A stretch of 16,303 nt of DNA from Promethearchaeati archaeon (GCA_013166775.1 JABLTJ010000046.1:1-16303); one strand, 5' to 3'; shown: positions 1 to 8,553, counted from the first letter of the stretch. Translations and numbers: made by a program. Notes: a model not told the origin generated them from the letters alone.

Positions 1-1119
1 GATAAAGCATTCTTTGATCTCATAATTCTAAATCCTCCCTATATGAATTATGGACTTAGAAATGCACAAAAGTATGATAAGGAATTCAGAAATTTTCTTC
101 GAAATCGCTTCTTTTCTGCAGAATACAAATTAAGCCTTTATCCTATCTTTATGGAACGTTCTATTGAGTTACTAAAAGATCAAGGGATACTTGGAATAAT
201 TACTCCTGATTCTCATCTTTTAGGTAGATTCTATTCAAAGATTCGTTCCTATCTTCTTCAAAATACTAATATTTTGGATATCTCATTATTAGGATTCGAA
301 CCCTTTTCAGGAGTAACTCTCGGTAGACCTACTATTACTTTCTTGAAAAAAACTCTTTCCTCTCAAGAACATGCTTTCAATGTGAGATGGATACCTTCGT
401 TTTCATCTTTTGTTGAAGAAAAATGGAAGGAATACTCTAATAATCAAGACGAATTCTCATCAAGTTTCCACAATCGATTTCATTTGTTTTTTAATCAACA
501 AGATGAGGAGTTTGTTAAGGATTGGAAGAATAAATCCTCTAAGCTAATCCAAGATATTGTTTCAATACATACAGGGATTAGGAGTAAGATTGGGCAGAAG
601 AACATAATCTCTAAAACCAAAAAAAGTCATACTTGGAAAAAAGGGATTATTTCAAGCAGTCAAGTTAAACCTTTCTTTCTAGATAATCAAAATCATTGGA
701 TAAACGTCGAACCTTCTATTTTATGGGCAGGAGGGTTTAAGAAAGAAGTAAATGAGAATCCCAAACTATTAGTACGACAAACAGGGTATCAGATAGTTAC
801 GTGTGTTGATTTGGATGGATTTTACCATTTGAATAATTGTCATTCAATATCTCCTAGAAGTAAGGAAACGAATCTGTTCTCTTTGGCAACTATTCTTAAC
901 TCTACTGAATTTAACAGACTTTATCATATCTTGAGTATGGAAAAAGGAAGAGCGTTAGCACAAGTAGATATTGAATTTCTAATAAAATTACCAATTCCAT
1001 CTTTCACAAAAGAAGGTGAGAAGAAACTTGAAGACTTCTACTGGATGAAGAATAAAACTGCTATGAAAGATGATTCTTTTGTAAGCTATTCACTTTTTAA
1101 TTTATTTGAAAAAACTTAA
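1..1119 (+). CDS. Amino-DNA methyltransferase (N6-adenine type, Eco57I/TaqI-like) with C-terminal target-recognition domain; 5'-truncated by the window
   Basis: Frame is open from base 1 (DKAFFDLIILNPPYM...), with catalytic motif IV NPPY at 31-42, upstream of the ATG used by the ORF track. It is followed by LLKDQGILGIITPDS and a TaqI_C-like segment (PKLLVRQTG...HLNNCHSI...LATILNS). Confidence 0.88.
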   Translation, partial: DKAFFDLIILNPPYMNYGLRNAQKYDKEFRNFLRNRFFSAEYKLSLYPIFMERSIELLKDQGILGIITPDSHLLGRFYSKIRSYLLQNTNILDISLLGFEPFSGVTLGRPTITFLKKTLSSQEHAFNVRWIPSFSSFVEEKWKEYSNNQDEFSSSFHNRFHLFFNQQDEEFVKDWKNKSSKLIQDIVSIHTGIRSKIGQKNIISKTKKSHTWKKGIISSSQVKPFFLDNQNHWINVEPSILWAGGFKKEVNENPKLLVRQTGYQIVTCVDLDGFYHLNNCHSISPRSKETNLFSLATILNSTEFNRLYHILSMEKGRALAQVDIEFLIKLPIPSFTKEGEKKLEDFYWMKNKTAMKDDSFVSYSLFNLFEKT

Positions 1120-1129
1120 TTACTAACTA

Positions 1130-1137
1130 TTTATAAA
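1130..1137 (+). promoter_or_regulatory. Putative archaeal TATA box for the ASST gene
   Basis: TTTATAAA ending 32 nt upstream of ATG 1170. Confidence 0.45.
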
Positions 1138-1169
1138 GAGCGTGTTAAGCATCAAAAAAGGTTTGAATT

Positions 1170-4100
1170 ATGCACAAGAAATTTACAAGAAACATGCAAT
1201 TTTTATTCTTCTCTCTTCTTCTAATAAATTCATTCTTTCCTTCGTTCAATATCGTGGGATCTGAGGATATAAACGAAAGAGAAATTCTAAGTTCTGATCC
1301 ATTAGGTAGTCAAAAACTAGCTGAAATACCTTCTGAGAATCCACCTAATCTTGATTATATTGATCAAAATGATATGAATGTTTATACTACTTCTGATAGA
1401 TTTGAGGGCTACAACCTTTTTGTTGTTAACCGCTTATATTCTAAATCGAATGATATTATTCTCTTAGTCACTGATATGGATGGCAATGTACTCAAAGAAA
1501 AATATCTTGGAACAAAAACTTATACATTATATGTTTCACCTAAGTTCATTAACGCTACGCATATTCTTTATGGAGCTCCTGATGGAGCAAGACTTTGGAA
1601 TTATTATACAGATGAAGATGTGTCTTTAGGATTTTATGGACATCATGAGTACGAATACAATCCTGTGCAAGAAACTTTTTTCACTATCAATAGATATACT
1701 GAAATTATAAATGAAGTAAATTATTACTTTGATCACATCCAAGAATACGATTCAACAGGAAACAAGATTTGGGAATTAAGTACATTTACATTTCATACTA
1801 TTGATATGTGGTGTTATTATGAAGAACTCTTTAACTTTAGACCTGATATCTCTCATTCTAACTCAATCTTTTTCGATGCTGAGGAAGATATGATTTATTG
1901 TAATTCAAGAAACACAAATACTTTCTATAAAATCGACCATAGTACGGGCATAGTAGAATGGGCTCTAGGAGAATATGGAGATTTTACTCTTTATGATTTA
2001 AAAGGTAATGTGAAAAATAATTTGTTTTATCATGCTCACGCAGTTGAAAAGATTGATGATAATAAATTCCTCTTATTCGATAATGATTACCATAATCAAA
2101 CCGATGAGGAAAGCAATATCTCTAGACTTGTTGAAATTACAATTGATGAAAATACAATGACTGCTAACGAAACTTGGACTTGGGAAGCTCCAAGTAGTTA
2201 CTATAGTGATGTTTGGGGAGACGCTGATCCACTTCCGAATGGGAATGTTTTTGGAACATTTGGAGCATTCGAGCATGATGGCTATATTAGTATCGGAGCT
2301 AGAATGATAGAAGTAAACACAACTGGTGATATCGTCTGGGAGATGAATTTCCCTATGACAAATTATCATTATGGAATATACAGAGCTGAAAGATTTGGTT
2401 TGTCACCATTTATTAATGCTTCTTCTAAACTCTTTGCAGGTTCAGGAACAGAAATATCAGCTACCTTCCAGACTTGGTATAATTTCAGATCAAAAATAAA
2501 AACGATAGGATCTTATGATCTTTATTTAGATGATGCTTTAATCGATACAGATTCTGTTCAATTTGATAAGTTTTGGCGTGTAAAAAACCTCACTTTTGAA
2601 TTAGGTATTTTACCTGATGGTCAACATAATCTTACCGTTGCTATTGCAGATGAAGCTGGGCATACTACTATCAAGACTATATTCATTAATATAGGACCAT
2701 TCTACATTGAAAAAACGGGGCCAACAGAGATGGAAATTGGAGAAACAAATTCGATAATCAGTTGGTCAGGTTACGCTATAAGTCCCTTGGAGTTCAATTT
2801 GATTATCAATGATACAAATGAAATCACTGACACTTGGAGCGGTGAAATTGTTGAATATGACTTAAATGAATTAATAGCGGGGATACATAATTTCACAGTT
2901 CAACTTTACAACGGAACGGAATTAGTTTTTAATGAAACTTTTTGGGTTACTATCTTCCCATATTCTCCTCCTGTTTTTAACAGTTTTCCAAGTGATCAAT
3001 CAATAACTTGGAATGACTACTTGATGCTCTCATGGAATGTGTCAGATTCCACTCTTTACAAAATAGAACTCTATTTTGATGGTACATTAGCTAGACAAAT
3101 TGATTTTTCAATTCCTCCATTAAGCTATGTTTTTGATTATGTTTTCCCACTTGTCGATGAAGGAAATTATAATGTCACTTTACTTATTATCGATAGGACA
3201 CTAGGGAGTGTTTTAAAAACAACATGGATAGAAGTTGCTCCACCTAGTCCTCCTATTATTTCTCAATTTCCAATGAATGATTTTGTTCAATGGGGACATC
3301 AAAACACTAGTTTCATCTGGGAAGTTCATGGAGAAAGTGATTCTTCATGGAAATTACTAAAAAATGAAAGCATCTATGCTAGTGGAGTTCTTAGTAATAA
3401 AATAATAGAGATTTCTATTGAAGATTGGTATGATATTGAGTGGTACCTAGGAACATATAATCTCACATTATCAGTAGAAGATACTTATGGAAATACCACA
3501 ATTAGCACAGTTTTTATTAAAATAGCAATTGCAGGAGATCCTTATGTTAACGCTATTATTGAGATTGCTTCCCTTTTCTACTACAACGGTGAAAATGCGA
3601 TAGGAGCACCCGATGGTGAATGTGCTCAAATCTTTGCAGATTATAGCAATGGATTTATTACTTTAGATATGGGAAGAGACGAAGAAATTGTTGATGGAGA
3701 TGGAGATGATTTTACGATTATCTCATCATCTGGTCGTTTTGATTGTTGGGTAGGGAATAATCTTGAAGAATCATTTGTATTTCTTGGATCAGGTGAAGGA
3801 AATACTTCTTTTGATTTGAATGCGAAAGACTTAGATTCAGCAAGATATGTGAGAATAGAATATACTTCTGGCATAATGGTTAGAGTTGATGCGATAGTAG
3901 CATTAAATTATCTTATTCTAGAATCTGATTCTGAAAGCCCTGAAATTATCGGACCAGATGATTTTGTTATAAATAATAATGTGACTTCTTTCACCATTTC
4001 TTGGCTGCTTTATGATATTACTCCTTTCAATTTTTCGATAACCATAAATGATGAAGTTTATGATTCAGGCCCATGGAATGGTTCTGATATCACACTTACA

Positions 4101-4289
4101 TACGTTTGGGATGAATTAGGTTTATATGAAGTTGAACTTATTCTCTATGATATCTTTGGGAATCATGCTTCAGACATAGTCAATGTTCAAGTTGAAAATC
4201 AGGATAATAGACCATATTTGTATTTTCTTTTTCTACTTTCACTAGCTGCAATTCCTATATTCCTCTTACAAAGAAAAAGAAAAGTATAA
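1170..4289 (+). CDS. Secreted, C-terminally anchored aryl-sulfate sulfotransferase (ASST family) with Ig-like repeat stalk
   Basis: N-terminal signal peptide (basic then hydrophobic). ASST motifs GHHE (1638-1649), SHSNS (H at 1854), NSR (R at 1908), HAH (2031-2039), LLFDN, LPNGN and YRAER. Five G-x-[HY]-[NE]-x-[TE] beta-sandwich repeats. C-terminal TM helix followed by RKRKV. Confidence 0.85.
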   Translation: MHKKFTRNMQFLFFSLLLINSFFPSFNIVGSEDINEREILSSDPLGSQKLAEIPSENPPNLDYIDQNDMNVYTTSDRFEGYNLFVVNRLYSKSNDIILLVTDMDGNVLKEKYLGTKTYTLYVSPKFINATHILYGAPDGARLWNYYTDEDVSLGFYGHHEYEYNPVQETFFTINRYTEIINEVNYYFDHIQEYDSTGNKIWELSTFTFHTIDMWCYYEELFNFRPDISHSNSIFFDAEEDMIYCNSRNTNTFYKIDHSTGIVEWALGEYGDFTLYDLKGNVKNNLFYHAHAVEKIDDNKFLLFDNDYHNQTDEESNISRLVEITIDENTMTANETWTWEAPSSYYSDVWGDADPLPNGNVFGTFGAFEHDGYISIGARMIEVNTTGDIVWEMNFPMTNYHYGIYRAERFGLSPFINASSKLFAGSGTEISATFQTWYNFRSKIKTIGSYDLYLDDALIDTDSVQFDKFWRVKNLTFELGILPDGQHNLTVAIADEAGHTTIKTIFINIGPFYIEKTGPTEMEIGETNSIISWSGYAISPLEFNLIINDTNEITDTWSGEIVEYDLNELIAGIHNFTVQLYNGTELVFNETFWVTIFPYSPPVFNSFPSDQSITWNDYLMLSWNVSDSTLYKIELYFDGTLARQIDFSIPPLSYVFDYVFPLVDEGNYNVTLLIIDRTLGSVLKTTWIEVAPPSPPIISQFPMNDFVQWGHQNTSFIWEVHGESDSSWKLLKNESIYASGVLSNKIIEISIEDWYDIEWYLGTYNLTLSVEDTYGNTTISTVFIKIAIAGDPYVNAIIEIASLFYYNGENAIGAPDGECAQIFADYSNGFITLDMGRDEEIVDGDGDDFTIISSSGRFDCWVGNNLEESFVFLGSGEGNTSFDLNAKDLDSARYVRIEYTSGIMVRVDAIVALNYLILESDSESPEIIGPDDFVINNNVTSFTISWLLYDITPFNFSITINDEVYDSGPWNGSDITLTYVWDELGLYEVELILYDIFGNHASDIVNVQVENQDNRPYLYFLFLLSLAAIPIFLLQRKRKV

Positions 4290-4354
4290 TTCTTTATCGC
4301 AACGTTACATCCAATATTTTTTAAGTGACAATTTTGGGTTAAGAATGATAACTA

Positions 4355-5155
4355 GTGGCAACCAACGAGAGCTATGAATTTAAAGAGGAATTTAACATTC
4401 TTTGTCAAAGTGCAAAGAAAGCTAGAACTGAGTTATTAAAAATCGTCGAAAAGGGTTTTAGTAAAACACTCAAAGCAAATGATGATCCCGTAACAACTGG
4501 AGATTTTACTGTCAACAATATACTTCAAGAAGAATTTTCCAAGCATTTTCCAGAGATAGGTTGGTTGTCTGAAGAAACAAGAGATAATGCGGACAGATTA
4601 GACAAAGAATTTGTTTGGATTGTAGATCCAATAGATGGAACAAAAGAATTTGTAATGGGTATCCCTGAATATTCAATCTCTGTTGCATTAGTAAGAAAGG
4701 GTTCTCCAATTTTGGGATTGATTCTCAATCCTCTTCGAGATGAGATGTATACTGCAATCAAAGGTAAAGGAGCTTTCTTAAATGAGAAGTCTATTCGAGT
4801 CAAAGAAACTCTTGATGAAAAACCCACAATAGTGGCAAGTAGATCTGAAATCAAAAGAGGTGAATTCGAACCATTTGAGAATGTTTCGAAAGTTGTTCCG
4901 ACAGGTTCTATAGCATACAAATTAGCACTCGTTGCTGCAGGAAAAGCTGATGGTACTTTCAGCCTAGGTCCAAAAAATGAATGGGACATTGCTGCTGGAT
5001 GTTTGATTGTTGAAGAAGCTGGAGGGAAGGTCAGTAACAAATATGGACAAGATTTTAAATTCAACCAGAAAGACACTCTTGTAAATTCCATAGTTGGAAC
5101 ATCAAAAGCTGCGTCTGAGCAGATATTTAGTATGATTCAAAAAGTGATGAATTAA
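4355..5155 (+). CDS. cysQ: 3'(2'),5'-bisphosphate nucleotidase CysQ (PAP phosphatase; inositol monophosphatase family)
   Basis: GTG start; motifs DPVTTGD, LSEE, WIVDPIDGTKEF, ASRS, GSIAYK, EWDIAAG; ends 1 nt before sat-cysC. Confidence 0.9.
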   Translation: MATNESYEFKEEFNILCQSAKKARTELLKIVEKGFSKTLKANDDPVTTGDFTVNNILQEEFSKHFPEIGWLSEETRDNADRLDKEFVWIVDPIDGTKEFVMGIPEYSISVALVRKGSPILGLILNPLRDEMYTAIKGKGAFLNEKSIRVKETLDEKPTIVASRSEIKRGEFEPFENVSKVVPTGSIAYKLALVAAGKADGTFSLGPKNEWDIAAGCLIVEEAGGKVSNKYGQDFKFNQKDTLVNSIVGTSKAASEQIFSMIQKVMN

Positions 5156-5156
5156 A

Positions 5157-6890
5157 ATGAATGGAAAAAGTAAGCTTATACTACCTCATGGTGGAAAGAT
5201 AGTTGATTTAGTAGTTAAAGATGAAAAAATCAGATTTGATCTTATTGAGAAAGCAAAAACTCTTACAAAAGTAAATCTCAATGAGAGAGGCTTAGCAGAT
5301 TTAGAATGTATTGCGACCGGTATTTATTCTCCATTAACAGGTTTCTTGGAAGAAAAAGATTACAAAAGTGTATTGAATGAAATGAGACTAACCGATGGAA
5401 CAATCTGGCCAATTCCAATAACCTTAGCAGTTAGTGAAGATGTTTCTTCAAAATTCAAAGTTGGAGATGAAGCTTCGCTAATGTGGGATGATGTTCATAT
5501 TGGTTTAATGAAAGTTTCAAGTATCTATAAACCTGATAAAAAGGAAGAAGCAATTAAAGTCTATAAAACAGAAGATATTTCTCATCCTGGAGTAGACGCA
5601 TTGTATAAAACTGAGGATGTTTATTTAGGAGGAGAAATTCAACTAATTGAAGAATTACCTCATAAAGAATTCAATGAGTATAGATTTACTCCTAAACATA
5701 CTAGAGCAATTTTTGAAGAGAAAGGATGGAAAACAGTTGTTGCGTTCCAAACAAGAAATCCAATTCATAGGGCTCATGAACATCTTCAAAAAATCGCTTT
5801 GGAATATGTTGATGGATTGTTCATCAATCCACTTGTAGGAGCTACAAAGAAAGATGATATTTCAGCTTCAGTCAGAATGGAATCTTACAATATTATTTTG
5901 AACAGTTACTATCCAAGGGATAGATACTTCTTAGGAGTTTATCCTGCTAATATGAGATATGCAGGACCTCGTGAAGCTATCCTGCACGCTATTTCCAGAC
6001 AAAATTATGGTTGTTCTCATTTCATAGTAGGCAGAGATCATGCAGGTGTTGGAGATTACTATGGCACTTACGAAGCTCAAGAAATCTTCGACCAATTTTC
6101 AAAAGACGAGTTACTGATTACTCCTCTGAAATTTGAACATGCTTTTTATTGCCGAATCTGTGAACAGATGGTAACAAAAAGAACTTGCCCACATGGAAAA
6201 GATGCTCACGTATTCTTATCAGGAACAAAAGTCAGAGAGATGCTTAATAATGGAGAAATGCTTCCTCGAGAATTCACTCGACCTGAAGTAGCAATGATTT
6301 TAATTGATTCTGTTAATAATAAAAGAGCATACAAACTAGAACAAAAGGGTGTTACAATGCTTTTTACAGGGCTCTCTGGTTCAGGAAAAACCACTATATC
6401 AAAAGCTGCAGCTGAAGAATTGAAAAAACGAGGATACAAAGTGGAAAGACTAGATGCAGATATTATCAGACAAAATCTTAGCAAGGGACTTGGCTTCAGT
6501 AAGGATGACCGTGATGAAAACATTCGTAGAGTTGGGTTTGTTTGTCATCTTATGAGTAGAAATGGAGTAATTGCTATGATGGCAAATATAGCTCCATACA
6601 TATCTGTACGTGAAGAAATCAGACAAAGAATTGGTGATTTCATGGAAATCTATGTAAAATGCCCTGTTGAAATCTGTGAAACACGCGATCTAAAGGGTCT
6701 TTATGCTAAAGCTCGTGCGGGTGAGATTACTGGTTTCACTGGAGTAGATGATCCTTATGAAGAACCTCAAGCTCCAGAAGTTGTTTGTGAAACTGATAAA
6801 GAAGCTATAGAGGAAAGTGTTCAGAAAGTCATAGATAAGATGGAAGAACTAGGTTACATCGAGCATTTTAAAGTGAAAGAACCTATCTAG
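5157..6890 (+). CDS. sat: Bifunctional sulfate adenylyltransferase / adenylylsulfate kinase (Sat-CysC fusion, PAPS synthase)
   Basis: Sat motifs PHGG, QTRNPIHRAHE, MRYAGPREA, GRDHAG, Zn site CRIC-x8-CPH, LSGTKVR, RPEV. C-terminal APS kinase with P-loop GLSGSGKT (6369-6392), GLGFSKDDRDENIRR, RDLKGLY and DPYEEP. Confidence 0.96.
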   Translation: MNGKSKLILPHGGKIVDLVVKDEKIRFDLIEKAKTLTKVNLNERGLADLECIATGIYSPLTGFLEEKDYKSVLNEMRLTDGTIWPIPITLAVSEDVSSKFKVGDEASLMWDDVHIGLMKVSSIYKPDKKEEAIKVYKTEDISHPGVDALYKTEDVYLGGEIQLIEELPHKEFNEYRFTPKHTRAIFEEKGWKTVVAFQTRNPIHRAHEHLQKIALEYVDGLFINPLVGATKKDDISASVRMESYNIILNSYYPRDRYFLGVYPANMRYAGPREAILHAISRQNYGCSHFIVGRDHAGVGDYYGTYEAQEIFDQFSKDELLITPLKFEHAFYCRICEQMVTKRTCPHGKDAHVFLSGTKVREMLNNGEMLPREFTRPEVAMILIDSVNNKRAYKLEQKGVTMLFTGLSGSGKTTISKAAAEELKKRGYKVERLDADIIRQNLSKGLGFSKDDRDENIRRVGFVCHLMSRNGVIAMMANIAPYISVREEIRQRIGDFMEIYVKCPVEICETRDLKGLYAKARAGEITGFTGVDDPYEEPQAPEVVCETDKEAIEESVQKVIDKMEELGYIEHFKVKEPI

Positions 6891-6973
6891 TTTCTCTTTT
6901 TCTTATTATTTTCTATTTTTTTATATATATAATTAACAATGAGATAAGAGAAAAAAAAAAGAAAGGAACATCT
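6891..6973. terminator. Probable bidirectional oligo(T) terminator between convergent genes
   Basis: T-tracts on + directly after the sat-cysC stop, then A-tracts (T-tracts on -) directly after the stop of the 170-aa ORF. Confidence 0.55.
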
Positions 6974-7486
6974 TTATTCTCTTCGATGTAGATCAACAAT
7001 TATTGAATCACATTCGTTACATATGAAGAAAATTAATCCACTGCAGCCTTCTGCTGTAGCTTGTTGGAGTTTTTTACATGTGGGGCAATGTAAAACAGAA
7101 AATTTAGTTAAATCAGCTAACTTCACTAAATCTAGAATGTTATTATTTGCTATGTCTTCAGTATAATGAAGCGAATCTAATCTATCAAGAGTTTTTAGTC
7201 GTAGATCTAGTTCTAGTAGAAGCTCATCCTGGTGATCATAAAGAATTTTGAACAAATTCTGAATTAAAGGATGAAAATCTTCGAGTTGTTTTTTCTCAAC
7301 TTGAGGTAATTGTAAGAGGATTTCTGAATGATCATCTGATTCGTGAATTAATCTAAGGTGAATATCTTCTTCTATGCATTCTATTTTATTTTCTTCAAAC
7401 TTGATATGCATATATTCTAAAGCTTCATCGAGACAATTGAAACTTCTCAGAGTTCTATCATTTAATTTTAGTTTGTAGATATTCAT
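6974..7486 (-). CDS. Hypothetical protein with C-terminal Zn-ribbon (CPTC-x18-CNEC)
   Basis: 170-aa ORF; GAGGTGA RBS on - strand at 7491-7497; two CxxC knuckles; 11 nt downstream of the 121-aa ORF. Confidence 0.75.
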   Translation of the reverse strand: MNIYKLKLNDRTLRSFNCLDEALEYMHIKFEENKIECIEEDIHLRLIHESDDHSEILLQLPQVEKKQLEDFHPLIQNLFKILYDHQDELLLELDLRLKTLDRLDSLHYTEDIANNNILDLVKLADLTKFSVLHCPTCKKLQQATAEGCSGLIFFICNECDSIIVDLHRRE

Positions 7487-7497
7487 TCTATCACCTC

Positions 7498-7863
7498 TTA
7501 TACAAATTCAACAAGTTCTTCTTCATCAAGAAAAAGTCTTACCAAATCACTCGTAATAGCAATAGCATACTTGTTAAATTTCTGTGGATCTCTAAAGAAA
7601 TCTGCTTTTGTTAATAGTATATTATCTATCCATGTATAAATTACGGGATGGAATAGATCCATCAATCTATTCATCTGAAATTCAGGTACTCCTAAATCAA
7701 GACAAAGTGATTTCATGATTTTTTTTGTCAAATTATCAGCTATTTCTTTCAGTCTTTCTTCTCCTCTCCAGATGTTCCAACCTTCTTTTATAACTGATTC
7801 TATCCAATCAATCAATATTTCATGAATTGTATCCCAAACATTTATTGTCTCATAATTCAACAT
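7498..7863 (-). CDS. Hypothetical protein (predicted helical, acidic)
   Basis: 121-aa ORF with protein-like composition and no competing ORF; operon-like spacing to the 170-aa ORF. Confidence 0.7.
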   Translation of the reverse strand: MLNYETINVWDTIHEILIDWIESVIKEGWNIWRGEERLKEIADNLTKKIMKSLCLDLGVPEFQMNRLMDLFHPVIYTWIDNILLTKADFFRDPQKFNKYAIAITSDLVRLFLDEEELVEFV

Positions 7864-7920
7864 TTTTCCATTTTTCCTTTAGTTTTTTCCATTTTTCATT
7901 TAATTTTTTACATTTTTCCT
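7861..7920 (-). repeat. Degenerate tandem repeat of (G)GAAAAATG units
   Basis: + strand carries five CATTTTTC/CATTT-like units; the - strand reads aggaaaaatgtaaaaaattaaatgaaaaatggaaaaaactaaaggaaaaatggaaaaatg. Confidence 0.6.
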
Positions 7921-8019
7921 TCAGTTCCTGGTTGTTTTTGGTTTTAAATTAGATGTGTCTTAACCTGGAGTACTATCTTCTACACTTTAACAACCAGAAT
8001 TATTGTGTCTATTTGTATC

Positions 8020-8032
8020 ATTGTGACACAAT
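8020..8032. promoter_or_regulatory. Palindrome ATTGTG-A-CACAAT, candidate operator in a divergent promoter region
   Basis: Perfect 6+6 inverted repeat with a 1-nt centre; related TGTG[AT]C words at 7954, 8004 and 8072. Confidence 0.5.
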
Positions 8033-8113
8033 CTAATAAACTTTGTTGTATAATCACGCAAAATAATATACTGTGACAATAATCTTTTTTAAAGAAGTAA
8101 GAATAATTGATAT

Positions 8114-8299
8114 ATGAAGAATGAAACATCTGATAAAATTCACTTGAAAATTGAACTTAGCGAAGAGGATTTTCAAATGTTCTCTGAAATCCAAACTCAT
8201 TATAATATTAAAAATAAAACAGATGTTTTGAGATTATGTATAAAAGATGCGTTCAGGATTATGAAAAGACGAGAACAGTTACTTAAAGAAATGGTCTAG
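8114..8299 (+). CDS. Small ribbon-helix-helix (CopG/MetJ-like) DNA-binding protein
   Basis: 61 aa; alternating strand IHLKIEL, helix SEEDFQMFSEIQTHY, turn, helix NKTDVLRLCIKDA; TTTTTAAA TATA-like box at 8086-8093. Confidence 0.7.
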   Translation: MKNETSDKIHLKIELSEEDFQMFSEIQTHYNIKNKTDVLRLCIKDAFRIMKRREQLLKEMV

Positions 8300-8301
8300 A
8301 T

Positions 8302-8553
8302 TTAAAGAATACAATCTTCTTCTTCTCCAAAAGCCTTTGCAGTATTCTTCAGAATAAAGCACAGAGCTCTCTTTTCATCTTCAACATGATAAAGCTCTTC
8401 CATGCTTGCTATTGTATAAAGAACAATTTTCCTCAATTTTTCAGCAGGTATGTTTTGTACTTCTTCTATAATTTCTTCAGATAATTTCATAACAGTTCTC
8501 TTTGGATCATCTAAATCAGTCCCTTCAAATGGAATTTTTTCTTTCTGTTTCAT
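8302..8553 (-). CDS. Hypothetical protein
   Basis: 83-aa charged, helical-looking ORF, tail-to-tail with the RHH gene (2-nt gap); no recognised family. Confidence 0.65.
   Translation of the reverse strand: MKQKEKIPFEGTDLDDPKRTVMKLSEEIIEEVQNIPAEKLRKIVLYTIASMEELYHVEDEKRALCFILKNTAKAFGEEEDCIL

Noticed and set aside
2073-6523. Alternative ORFs 2073-2369, 3641-3874, 4512-4709, 4525-5091, 5647-5838 and 6206-6523
   Set aside because: Antisense or out-of-frame shadows inside well-supported genes, with no motifs.
1-6890. DNA methyltransferase next to sulfur-activation genes as a DNA sulfur-modification (Dnd/Ssp-like) system
   Set aside because: No cysteine desulfurase, DndC/SspD PAPS-reductase-like protein or ATPase; the sulfotransferases and flippase explain the PAPS genes better.
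5157-6890. Dissimilatory sulfate reduction or sulfur oxidation role for Sat
   Set aside because: Fused to APS kinase and paired with cysQ; no aprAB, qmo or dsr genes in the window.
7861-8100. CRISPR array, tRNA or SECIS element in the long intergenic region
   Set aside because: No regular repeat-spacer period, no cloverleaf and no gene with an evident in-frame TGA.
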